Source: Candidatus Poribacteria bacterium
Lineage (GTDB): Bacteria > Poribacteria > WGA-4E > PCPOR2b
Assembly: GCA_965116925.1 (NCBI GenBank)
Contig: OZ220744.1
Coordinates: forward strand, 1,824,001 to 1,888,000
Length of the DNA stretch: 64,000 nucleotides
Reading direction: 5' to 3'
Made by a program: the position numbers and the translations under genes. The notes beneath the pieces are model-generated. The model was not told where the DNA came from, made no database searches, and saw only the letters and a list, made by a program, of their open reading frames with translations. Position 1 is the first letter of the stretch; the number at the start of each line of letters is the position of its first letter. Of this stretch, positions 9,427 to 18,630 are shown one piece after another.

Positions 9427-10695
9427 ATGGACGATAAAGAAGCTCAGTTCACTTACAAGGCGGCAGTCGCTGATGGATTCTATCAGCGTAATATCGGGGG
9501 ACTGACGGGCAAGTACGACAACGTGCGTCGTTATTGGGAAGACCAGATTACCCGCTATGTTCTGCACGATTTCATTGAGGGATTTGTCAATGAGAAACGG
9601 CAGCTACTCACCCGTATCCGCGTGCTCGATCTCGGCTGCGGCGCGGGGGAAGGCTACGAGATTTTGACGAATCCGAGCCAGAGGACGCTCTGTCTGGCAA
9701 CCAAAGAGGTCGATGTAATGCCCGCCGAGATGTTGGACTGCTACAAGGGGATTGATATCAGCGAGGCAATGGTCGAGCAAGGGCGTAAGACATACAATGA
9801 TAGTCCTAAAATGACGTTTGAGATCGGGGATCTCAGCCAAGGGCTTTCGACAGCGACGGATGATCCCCCTTATGATATTTACTTTTCGTCCTACGGTTCT
9901 CTCGCTCACCTCAAAGACGACGACTTTCGGCGATTGGTAAAAGAGATTTGCAACCATTTTCAGGACAGATGCGTTTTTGTCGCTGACATGCTTGGGCGTT
10001 ATTCCTATGAATGGCAGTGTTATTGGGATGAACAAGGCTCAGACGAAACCAACATGCGGCAGTATTCGATGTCCTACCTCTATCCACCGGAGATAATCGA
10101 TCAGATTGAGGTCGAACGGTTCCCGATGCGCTATTGGGGCGGGAAAGAGTTTGACGAGGCCATGTCAGAGATCGCTGTTGAAGCAGGTGTTGAGATTACT
10201 CGACGAACACTTAACGATCGTTCCATCATCGTCGGGCGACACATGGACACCGCAGAATACAATCCCTACGCTCAACCGCTTCGTGATGTAGTGAATCAAT
10301 TACACGAATTCAACTATCGAACCGACCTGCAAGGACTGATATTCGATTATTCACCGCTCCCCGACCATCCAGAACTAAACACCTTTTTCGAGCAGTTTCA
10401 AATGGCGTGGAACGCTGTTGTCTATGCGTGCATTGAAGCCCTGGAATATGGGGAAAATGGTGACTGGCAACCGCCAGAGATTCCAGCCGAATATCCCGAT
10501 GTTCTTACCGAGGCGATTCATACGATTCGGGATGTCATACGGAATCTAAAATGGTTCCGCATGGGCGACCCACTTGCAAACATCGTTGAACCACAGCTTG
10601 GGTATATTCTTCGTAATCTGGAGCAAGGTCTTCAAAGCGGACTCGGTGCCGGGCATGGATTGCTTGCGGTGTATGAACTCTCGAAGGAGAAATAG
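9427..10695 (+). CDS. Class I SAM-dependent methyltransferase, substrate unknown
   Basis: RVLDLGCGAG motif I and GIDISEAMV motif II. ATG at 9427 follows AAGGAGGT. Confidence 0.85.
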   Translation: MDDKEAQFTYKAAVADGFYQRNIGGLTGKYDNVRRYWEDQITRYVLHDFIEGFVNEKRQLLTRIRVLDLGCGAGEGYEILTNPSQRTLCLATKEVDVMPAEMLDCYKGIDISEAMVEQGRKTYNDSPKMTFEIGDLSQGLSTATDDPPYDIYFSSYGSLAHLKDDDFRRLVKEICNHFQDRCVFVADMLGRYSYEWQCYWDEQGSDETNMRQYSMSYLYPPEIIDQIEVERFPMRYWGGKEFDEAMSEIAVEAGVEITRRTLNDRSIIVGRHMDTAEYNPYAQPLRDVVNQLHEFNYRTDLQGLIFDYSPLPDHPELNTFFEQFQMAWNAVVYACIEALEYGENGDWQPPEIPAEYPDVLTEAIHTIRDVIRNLKWFRMGDPLANIVEPQLGYILRNLEQGLQSGLGAGHGLLAVYELSKEK

Positions 10696-10700
10696 ATCCG

Positions 10701-11678
10701 ATGATTGTGCTTCGAGACTTGAGCAAATCTTTCGATGGCAGGACGACGTTTGCTGTCCACAATCTCTCGCTAGAGGTGCAGGAGGGAGAAACGCTTGTAC
10801 TGCTCGGATCTTCAGGCTGTGGCAAGACCACGACGCTGAAAATGATCAATCGCCTCATCGAACCGACTTCGGGAGAAATCGAGGTCGATGGTGTCAATGT
10901 GCTCCAGAAGGACGTGGTTGAATTGCGTCGTTCAATCGGTTACGTATTTCAGAGCATCGGTCTCTTTCCACACATGACGATTGAGGAAAACGTGACAATC
11001 GTCCCACGACTGCTCGGTTGGTCTGAGGAACAAAAGCAGAACCGAGCCAAAGAACTGCTTGCGCTTGTCCAACTCGATCCTGACCAATATGCGTCTCGCT
11101 ATCCGCATGAACTTTCAGGTGGTCAACAGCAGCGCGTCGGCGTCGCACGGGCACTCGCCGCCGATCCGGATTACCTACTGATGGACGAGCCCTTCGGTGC
11201 ACTCGACCCAATTACCCGCGAGGCGGTTCAGGAGGAGTTTGCCCAACTCGAAGCAATAATTCAGAAAACGATCGTGTTCGTCACCCATGACGTGTTTGAA
11301 GCTGTAACGCTCGGTGACCGTATTGCCATCATGGAAGCGGGCGAAATCGTCCAACTCGGAACGCCAACGGAGTTACTGACACAACCGGCGAATGTTTTCG
11401 TCAGCAACTTTTTCAGCAAACACCACTTCCAATTGCAGTTCAATGCCCTGTCTGTTGGAGACTTTATCCGTCTTGATGCCGGCGTACAGACGGCTGTCGA
11501 TTCGACGGCAGTCTCCGTATCCCCAATGGAAAATCTCGGTGGTGCGGTGGATTTGATGCGAAAACACCAGCTTTCAGAGTTGCCCGTTGTGGATGGTCAA
11601 GTTGTTGGTGTATTACGCAGTACTGACTTGGTGGAGGCACTTGTCGGGAAACGGAATCAATCATACGGTCGAGAATAA
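10701..11678 (+). CDS. Osmoprotectant ABC transporter ATPase with CBS domain (OpuCA/OsmV-like)
   Basis: GSSGCGKTTTLKMINRLIEPT, LSGGQQQRVGVARALA, DEPFGALDPITR, and a C-terminal CBS-like segment. Confidence 0.92.
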   Translation: MIVLRDLSKSFDGRTTFAVHNLSLEVQEGETLVLLGSSGCGKTTTLKMINRLIEPTSGEIEVDGVNVLQKDVVELRRSIGYVFQSIGLFPHMTIEENVTIVPRLLGWSEEQKQNRAKELLALVQLDPDQYASRYPHELSGGQQQRVGVARALAADPDYLLMDEPFGALDPITREAVQEEFAQLEAIIQKTIVFVTHDVFEAVTLGDRIAIMEAGEIVQLGTPTELLTQPANVFVSNFFSKHHFQLQFNALSVGDFIRLDAGVQTAVDSTAVSVSPMENLGGAVDLMRKHQLSELPVVDGQVVGVLRSTDLVEALVGKRNQSYGRE

Positions 11679-11683
11679 TCATA

Positions 11684-12319
11684 ATGAGGTCATTTGTCAA
11701 TTTTCTCCAAGAACGTGGTAACGAAATTCTATCGTTGACAGTTGAGCACTTGTATCTCACCGGAATCACGATGGTATTCGCGATTATCGTCGGTGTATTA
11801 TTGGGCCTCCTTCTGACGCGGTTTGAATGGCTTGCGACGCCGATTCTCGGCGGGGCAAACGTCATTCAAACCGTGCCAAGCCTCGCTATTTTGGGGTTTA
11901 TGATTCCCCTGTTTGGGATCGGCGCGACACCGGCAATTGTAGCGCTCTTTCTGTACGCGCTGCTGCCAATTATTCGGAACACCTACACCGGCATTGTTGG
12001 CGTTAATCCGGCAACCGTCGAAGCCGCCCTTGGTGTGGGCATGACGCAACGACAGGTGCTGAGGTTGGTCAGATTGCCGCTGGCACTCTCCGTTATTATG
12101 GCGGGGATTCGCACCTCAACAGTCATTTGCGTCGGCATCGCTACTCTCTGTGCCTTTATTGGCGCAGGGGGTTTAGGTGAGTTAATCTTCAGCGGGATTT
12201 CAATGGTAAACGCAAGCATGATTCTCGCGGGAGCGATTCCTTCGGCGTTGCTAGCGTTGATTTTGGATTTTGGGTTAGGATTGATTGAGAAACTGCTCAC
12301 ACCAAAGGGACTTAGGTGA
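11684..12319 (+). CDS. Osmoprotectant ABC transporter permease (OpuCB-like)
   Basis: QTVPSLAILG, LYALLPIIRNTYTGI, EAALGVGMT, IGAGGLGELI. Confidence 0.92.
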   Translation: MRSFVNFLQERGNEILSLTVEHLYLTGITMVFAIIVGVLLGLLLTRFEWLATPILGGANVIQTVPSLAILGFMIPLFGIGATPAIVALFLYALLPIIRNTYTGIVGVNPATVEAALGVGMTQRQVLRLVRLPLALSVIMAGIRTSTVICVGIATLCAFIGAGGLGELIFSGISMVNASMILAGAIPSALLALILDFGLGLIEKLLTPKGLR

Positions 12320-12458
12320 AATGATTGGCACTGTTGTGGTGCCATCATCGAACACCTCCGTCCTGATAGGAAAGGGGCGCCATCCTCTCAAATTGTTCAA
12401 CAGTCCTCAAATCGAGATGCGATTTGAGAGGGGAGTAGATAAACGGGAGGGACTTTAG

Positions 12459-13343
12459 ATGTTAAAACAGAGGCTAACTATTTTCATCCTAATTGCACTA
12501 TTCGGTATCACTGCTTGTGGTGATGGCGAAAAGAAAGTCGTTATCGGCTCAAAAGAATTCACAGAATCAGTGATTTTACGCGAGATGATGGCGGCGTTAA
12601 TCGAAGCCAACAGCGACATCAAAGTCGAGCAGAAATTCCTCGGCGGTACGCTAATCTGTTTCAATTCGCTCACGAGTGGTGACATCGATCTTTACGCAGA
12701 ATATACCGGAACAGCGTTGATGGCGATTCTGAAGCAAGCACCGATGACCGACTCACAGAGAGTCTACGATACAGTTAAGGAGAACTTCAAAAATCTGTAT
12801 CAGCTTGAGTGGCTGGCACCTTTCGGTTTCAACAACACTTATGTCTTGACAATGCGAAAAGATCATGCTCAAGCACTCGGCGTTGAAAAAATCTCCGATT
12901 TGGACACCCATCTTGATACCCTGAAAGCCGGTTTTACGCATGAGTTTTTGGAACGCCCGGACGGTTATCCCGGTTTGACGGAGCACTACGGTCTAAAATC
13001 GACACAGAAGCCGAAAGGGATGGACCCCGGCTTGATGTACAAAGCCATCGCCGAAAAACAAATCGATCTAACCTCTGGGTTTGCGACGGATGGGCGCATT
13101 CCCGCCTTCGATCTCGTGATGCTTTCTGACGACGAGGGGTTCTTTCCGCCCTACTACGCTGCTCCCGTCGTGCGGTCAGATACTTTGGGTAAATATCCTG
13201 AACTTAAGGGCATTTTGGGCAAACTCGCGGAGAGAATCGATGATGCAACGATGGCGCAACTCAACTATGAAGTTGATGAAAAAGAACGGGCTGCCGCCGA
13301 AGTTGCGAAGGATTTTCTGCAAAAACAAGGACTAATTCCATAG
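12459..13343 (+). CDS. Glycine betaine/choline/carnitine-type substrate-binding lipoprotein (OpuCC-like)
   Basis: Lipobox ITAC, IGSKEFTES, YAEYTGT, FGFNNTY, TDGRI, FFPPY. Confidence 0.92.
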   Translation: MLKQRLTIFILIALFGITACGDGEKKVVIGSKEFTESVILREMMAALIEANSDIKVEQKFLGGTLICFNSLTSGDIDLYAEYTGTALMAILKQAPMTDSQRVYDTVKENFKNLYQLEWLAPFGFNNTYVLTMRKDHAQALGVEKISDLDTHLDTLKAGFTHEFLERPDGYPGLTEHYGLKSTQKPKGMDPGLMYKAIAEKQIDLTSGFATDGRIPAFDLVMLSDDEGFFPPYYAAPVVRSDTLGKYPELKGILGKLAERIDDATMAQLNYEVDEKERAAAEVAKDFLQKQGLIP

Positions 13344-13357
13344 GAGGAAAATCAACG

Positions 13358-14872
13358 ATGTGTGGAATTGCAGGAATCTGGGGGATGGAGGATGTCACGC
13401 TAGTGAAAGAAATGAACGAGAAGCTGTCCCATCGCGGGCCGGACGCTGAGGGGTTGTATCGCTGCCCACACGGACACGGTACCCTCGGACATCGAAGACT
13501 TTCAATTATGGATCCTGAAGGTGGGAATCAACCGCTGTATAACGAGGAAAAATCCAAAGCCATTGTCGCAAACGGTGAAATCTACAATTTCCCGGTGTTG
13601 CGGAAGCAGTTAGCGGAAGCCCATACCCTTCACACAGGCAATGACAGCGAAGCCATTCTGCACCTGTACGAAGACCATGAGCAGACCGTCGTTGATCACC
13701 TTGAGGGTATGTTTGCTTTTGCTATCGCCGATGGTGAAAACTTATTCGCTGCACGCGACCCTATCGGTATCAAACCACTGTACTATGGTCAAAAGGAAGG
13801 GGCGTTCTACTTTAGCTCGGAATTGAAGGCGTTCCCCAAGCAGATGGAAGCGGTCAATGAATTTCCGCCGGGGACGTGGTATCACTCCGACAAAGGTTTC
13901 GTGTCTTTCTATGAGATTCCCAATCACCGTCCACTAGAAGTACCGCTTGCTCTTTGTCTTTCTGCCTTGCGAGAGAAGCTTGAAAAATCGGTGACCAAAC
14001 GCTTGATGAGCGACGTGCCGCTAGGGACTTTCCTTTCAGGTGGGCTTGATAGCAGCATCATCGCCGCAATCGTCCGACAGCACATGGACGAACTGCACTC
14101 TTTCTCAGTCGGTATTGAGGGAAGTCGTGATTTAGAAGCAGCGCGCATGGTCGCTCGACATCTGGACACTGTCCACCATGAGTACATCTTCACCCCCAAA
14201 GAAGTTCTAGAAATCCTTCCTGACGTGATTTATTATCTTGAATCGTTCGATCAAGATCTGGTGCGGAGCGCGATTCCCTGCTATTTCGTCTCCCGGTTGG
14301 CGAGCGAAAAAGTGAAGGTCATCCTGACAGGGGAGGGTGCCGACGAACTTTTCGCTGGCTACACCTATTACAAGAACATTTTTGACAACGAAACGTTACA
14401 TCGCGAATTACGCCGATCTGTAGCGGCACTACATAACATCAACCTTCAGCGCGTCGATCGGTTGACGATGGCGCACGGACTCGAAGGGCGTGTGCCGTTT
14501 CTTGATCTGGAAATGATTAATCTCTCGCAGACCGTTCCACCTTCGCTCAAATTGTACGATGATGGAAAGGGACGACGAATTGAAAAATGGATTTTGCGAA
14601 AGGCGACAGAAGATCTGTTGCCTAAAGAGATTGTTTGGAGAGACAAAGCGCAGTTTGACGAGGGCAGCGGCACAGTTGATCTCCTGCAAAGCGCAATTGC
14701 CGAGAAAATGACATCTGAAGAAGCGGACGAATACCGTTCGGCACATCCAGAAATCCGTCTGCGGTCGCCAGAGGAATGCTTTTACCATCGAATTTTCACT
14801 GACGCCTTTGAGTGTCCAAAGCTAATTAGCCAAAATGTCGGACGGTGGGGAGAGCGTCCTGCGTTTGAATAA
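13358..14872 (+). CDS. asnB: Asparagine synthetase B-like glutamine amidotransferase
   Basis: MCGI (Ntn Cys2), HRGPD, ANGEIYN, LSGGLDSS, GEGADELFAGY, GRVPFLD. Confidence 0.85.
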   Translation: MCGIAGIWGMEDVTLVKEMNEKLSHRGPDAEGLYRCPHGHGTLGHRRLSIMDPEGGNQPLYNEEKSKAIVANGEIYNFPVLRKQLAEAHTLHTGNDSEAILHLYEDHEQTVVDHLEGMFAFAIADGENLFAARDPIGIKPLYYGQKEGAFYFSSELKAFPKQMEAVNEFPPGTWYHSDKGFVSFYEIPNHRPLEVPLALCLSALREKLEKSVTKRLMSDVPLGTFLSGGLDSSIIAAIVRQHMDELHSFSVGIEGSRDLEAARMVARHLDTVHHEYIFTPKEVLEILPDVIYYLESFDQDLVRSAIPCYFVSRLASEKVKVILTGEGADELFAGYTYYKNIFDNETLHRELRRSVAALHNINLQRVDRLTMAHGLEGRVPFLDLEMINLSQTVPPSLKLYDDGKGRRIEKWILRKATEDLLPKEIVWRDKAQFDEGSGTVDLLQSAIAEKMTSEEADEYRSAHPEIRLRSPEECFYHRIFTDAFECPKLISQNVGRWGERPAFE

Positions 14873-14902
14873 CTTGCCTGCCGAAGGAGATATCCATATT
14901 AT

Positions 14903-15013
14903 ATGATTGAAGTCAAGGTGTCACCAAACGAATCGTTTCACAGAAATTGTGATCGATTTAAGAAAAAAACAGAAAACGCATCGAAAACATCCCTTAATCA
15001 TATCAAACAATAG
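14903..15013 (+). pseudogene. 36-codon ORF resembling the N-terminus of ribosomal protein bS21
   Basis: MIEVKVSPNESFHRNCDRFKKKTENA..., downstream of GAAGGAGA. Resembles bS21 V.V..NES.E.ALRRFKK but lacks the YEKP C-terminal half. Confidence 0.5.
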
Positions 15014-15025
15014 GGTTGAAATTCC

Positions 15026-16042
15026 ATGAATGCCGCATTACTTCCATTCCATTACACCCACTCACCAACGCTACCCAAACTGCTCTGGGAATTGCGGTGT
15101 ACGCTGGTGTTCAGCACCTACCAAGCGGGCAAGGTTATCTTTATCCGCGCCACCAGCCCGGAGACGATTGAGCAGCGCGCCCTGGACTTTCCCAGACCGA
15201 TGGGATTGGCGGTCTCCGATCAGCGGATCGCAGTCGCTACGCGGGAGGAGGTGGTGGTGCTTACCAATACTTCGGCAGAAGGCTCCACTGAGTCCCTGCA
15301 TGTTGATTCCGGATCTGTGATTAGAGCGGCAGCACACTCCTATGTGCAGGAGAAGACGTACTTTAGCGGAGAGGTTGACACTCATGACCTCGCTTGGGGA
15401 AAGGATGGACTGTGGGCAATCAACACCCTCCTTTCATCCGTAGCTTTGACAGACGAAAAATCTGATTTCGAGGCAGAATGGCGTCCTCCGTTCGTCAGTG
15501 ACGTAGTGCCAGAAGACCGCTGTCATTTGAACAGTATGGCGATGGTGGACGGTCAACCTGAGTATGTGACGGCATTTGGGAAGGTGAACACCTTTGAGGG
15601 TTGGCGCGAGAACAAGGTATCAGGCGGGATTTTGATGGATGTTCCCAGCGGAGAGATTGTATTGGAAGGATTACCGATGCCACACTCCCCACGGGTGTAC
15701 GATGGGAAACTCTATCTGCTGCTCTCCGCGACTGGGGAGTTAGTGTGTGCCGAACCCGAAACGGGGGGGTACGAAGCGGTTGCTCAGTTGCCCGGCTTTG
15801 TGCGTGGAATGGCACGTTGTGGTGATTATCTGTTTGTGGGATTGTCAAAGCTGCGAAAGACAAGCTCGACCTTCGCAGCGCTGCCAATCTCCGAGCAAGC
15901 GGCGTTCAGCGGCATTGTAGTCGTGTCTCTATCCGAAGGACGTATCGTTGAGCACCTCAGATATGAGACAGGTGTTGAGGAGATTTATGATGTGCAGGTT
16001 TTGACGGAGGGGTCAGCCAGTGACACTGTTCCTCCGTCGTAA
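15026..16042 (+). CDS. TIGR03032-family (DUF4915) beta-propeller protein
   Basis: FSTYQAGK, FPRPMGL, WRPPFVS..PEDRCHLN, MPHSPR, LPGFVRGM, EEIYDV. Confidence 0.85.
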   Translation: MNAALLPFHYTHSPTLPKLLWELRCTLVFSTYQAGKVIFIRATSPETIEQRALDFPRPMGLAVSDQRIAVATREEVVVLTNTSAEGSTESLHVDSGSVIRAAAHSYVQEKTYFSGEVDTHDLAWGKDGLWAINTLLSSVALTDEKSDFEAEWRPPFVSDVVPEDRCHLNSMAMVDGQPEYVTAFGKVNTFEGWRENKVSGGILMDVPSGEIVLEGLPMPHSPRVYDGKLYLLLSATGELVCAEPETGGYEAVAQLPGFVRGMARCGDYLFVGLSKLRKTSSTFAALPISEQAAFSGIVVVSLSEGRIVEHLRYETGVEEIYDVQVLTEGSASDTVPPS

Positions 16043-16046
16043 TCCG

Positions 16047-16772
16047 CTATAGCTTTTCTATCGGTTGTGCGTTCCCGAAGACAGGTTGTGGACCATCAAC
16101 CGGTGCAGCCCAGCCCGCTGCATTAGCGATAACGCGTAGCACGTCCGGATTGTGATAGATCGGGTAGGTTTCGTGCCCGGGGCGGAAATAGAATATCTTG
16201 CCTTTACCACGGTGGTAGCAACAGCCGCTGCGGAAAACCTCACCGCCGGGAAACCAACTAATGAAAATCAGTGTGTCCGGTTCAGGAATATCGAAAGGTT
16301 CTCCGTACATCTCGGCGTGTTCGATCTCAAAGTATTCGCCAATCCCTTCGACAATCGGGTGCCCGTGCTCTATAACCCAGAGCCGTTCCTTCTCACCTGA
16401 TTCACGCCATTTGAGGCTGCACGATGTCCCCATCAATTTGGTAAAGATTTTTGAGTAGTGAGACGAGTGCAAGCAGATTAAACCCATGCCATCTAGAATG
16501 CGGACGTGCATTCTATCAACAACTTCATCCGCTACCTCTCCATGTGCCCCGTGTCCCCACCAGATCAGAACATCCGTATTGGAGAGGACTGCCTCTGTCA
16601 ACCCATGTTCCGGCTCATCCAATGTTGCGGTGTGCACCGCAAACCCCGGCTGTTCTCTAAGATAATTTCCAATTGCGTTGTGCATCCCGTCGGGGTAGAT
16701 TTGTGCGATTTGCTCATTGGTCTTTTCGTGGCGATATTCATTCCATACTGTCACTCGAACTGTTTTACTCAT
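16047..16772 (-). CDS. ThuA-domain (trehalose utilisation-like) protein
   Basis: [51 protein letters not shown]. Confidence 0.9.
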   Translation of the reverse strand: MSKTVRVTVWNEYRHEKTNEQIAQIYPDGMHNAIGNYLREQPGFAVHTATLDEPEHGLTEAVLSNTDVLIWWGHGAHGEVADEVVDRMHVRILDGMGLICLHSSHYSKIFTKLMGTSCSLKWRESGEKERLWVIEHGHPIVEGIGEYFEIEHAEMYGEPFDIPEPDTLIFISWFPGGEVFRSGCCYHRGKGKIFYFRPGHETYPIYHNPDVLRVIANAAGWAAPVDGPQPVFGNAQPIEKL

Positions 16773-16791
16773 ATAGTCATTCCTTTATCGT

Positions 16792-17577
16792 TTAGGCATC
16801 ATCTTGGATTGCACTGATTTCATCTTTGGAGATCTTGTGGACGCTTTTGGGATTAAATGTCTGCGTTGTTCCGGATCTCAGTGCGACTTCAATCCTTCCG
16901 CCCGTCAACACAAAAAACTGAATTAGAAATCCGCCTCCTTGCATCGACTCGACTTGATATTGATCTGCCGCTAATCCATCAACCCATGTCGGGAGTGCAT
17001 CCGCAAAGTCGGGGTGATCCATCACCTCTTGCGGCAATGCGATGATCAGTGTTCCGGGTTCGTCGCCTATGGCATCTGCAATCACTGTTCGGGTGCCGAC
17101 CATAAAACGCACAACTATGTCTGCGTAATCAAAATCGCTTACACCGGCGTGATCCGGTGGGACAATTCCCCATGTCAAATGATGGATGAACGGATTGCCG
17201 TACCCCTGACTCAGCATGTGGTTTAACGCTTGATCGTCAACAGGATGGACGACCGCAACATAATCGAACCAACCGTTGCCGCGCTCTAGACTATCTTCTG
17301 GTAACCTTGCTGAAACGTTGATGTAGTCGCACTCATCTACCGGCGAGGGATAGCAACGGGCATCCCAACCGGAGACATAGCCGAGTTGTTTTAAGGGGCC
17401 CGCGACAATATACGGTGGGTCACAAAAGATTGCTGCGTGATCCAGATTGGGATGTAATTGAACCCCCGCCGCCGTGACTTTTTGGGCGACTTCTGACGCT
17501 TCTGTAAATCGCTGTGGTGCATTTTCGATGGTGAGGTAATCTCCGAAATCATCAGGTAGAATCGCTGAATTTCCCAT
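16792..17577 (-). CDS. Hypothetical protein, possibly a VOC/HPPD-like metalloenzyme
   Basis: 261-aa ORF with AAGGAGG RBS. Contains LDHAA, FIHHLT and FLIQFF...RIEV.LR motifs. Confidence 0.6.
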   Translation of the reverse strand: MGNSAILPDDFGDYLTIENAPQRFTEASEVAQKVTAAGVQLHPNLDHAAIFCDPPYIVAGPLKQLGYVSGWDARCYPSPVDECDYINVSARLPEDSLERGNGWFDYVAVVHPVDDQALNHMLSQGYGNPFIHHLTWGIVPPDHAGVSDFDYADIVVRFMVGTRTVIADAIGDEPGTLIIALPQEVMDHPDFADALPTWVDGLAADQYQVESMQGGGFLIQFFVLTGGRIEVALRSGTTQTFNPKSVHKISKDEISAIQDDA

Positions 17578-17684
17578 GATAAACCTCCTTGGTAAATTAT
17601 TGATTGATATTGGTAATTTTCAGCATAATACCACAAAATTAGAACCTTTGCAAGTTTCACTTGCCCCCATTTTTTTGTGAGGGG

Positions 17685-18510
17685 TTATTGTGAGACGTAC
17701 CGACTATACCAGTCGAGTATCGCCACCAGATACATAAACCCGTTGCTCATCAGGATATAAGTAATGTCAGCCGACCAAACCTCATTGGCAGCGGTCACCT
17801 CATAATCCCGTAATAGGTACGGGTAAACCCGATGCTCACTGTCAATGGCTGAGCGTTTCGGTTTGGGATAAATTGCTTCTATCCCCATCAAACGCATCAG
17901 TCGTTGGATACGTTTGCAATTCACACGATAGCCAAGCTGCTTGAGATGTTCTGTCATTCGACGACTCCCATAGAAGGGGGTTTGCGTATACTGCTGATCT
18001 ATTAGCCTCATCAGATGCAGATTCTCTACTGACTCTGTAGCCGGTTGACAGTAGAGGATCGACCGGGAAAAACCGAGCAACTCACACTGACGACGAATAC
18101 TCAATTGGGGGTGGTCGGGTTCAACGAGTTTACATCTCTGTTCAACCGCTTGAGGCAGCTTTTTTTTCAACCAATCCAATTCCATATTCAGCCGACCGAT
18201 TTGCTCATACAGACTGGACTCTCTGTCATTTTGCTCACGCTGTCGCTTGGTGGGGGTAGTCGCGAAAATATCGCTCCCCTGTCGAAGCAACTGTTTCTTC
18301 CATTGGCTGATTTGACTGGGATGCAACTGGTGCTCACTTGCCAATTGGTTGATAGTTTTATCCGACTTGATAGCTTCGATGGCTATTTGAAACTTGAACT
18401 TCGCTGTATGACGAATCCGTTGGGTTGACATATTCAGACCTCCATGTCTGGCTGTCAGTTAGACGGTAAATCTTACTTAACTCATGGCCCGAATATTGGG
18501 GTCCATTATA
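17685..18510 (-). mobile_element. Truncated IS3-family element (transposase ORF 17685-18431)
   Basis: OrfA HTH (FKFQIAIEAI...HPSQISQWKKQ) and OrfB SIRRQCELL, PFYGSRRM, WSADITY...ILDWYSR, then a stop before the remaining DDE residues. Candidate left end TATAATGGACCCC at 18510. Confidence 0.85.
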
Positions 18511-18630
18511 CTGTTTGTAACCAAGCTCTTGCGCTATGGGAGTAAAAGATGGTAAACTTGCTGCGCTATCATCCATGCAAGTATTACACATTTCATACGG
18601 AATCCGGCTAACGACTAAAGGAGAATTGAT

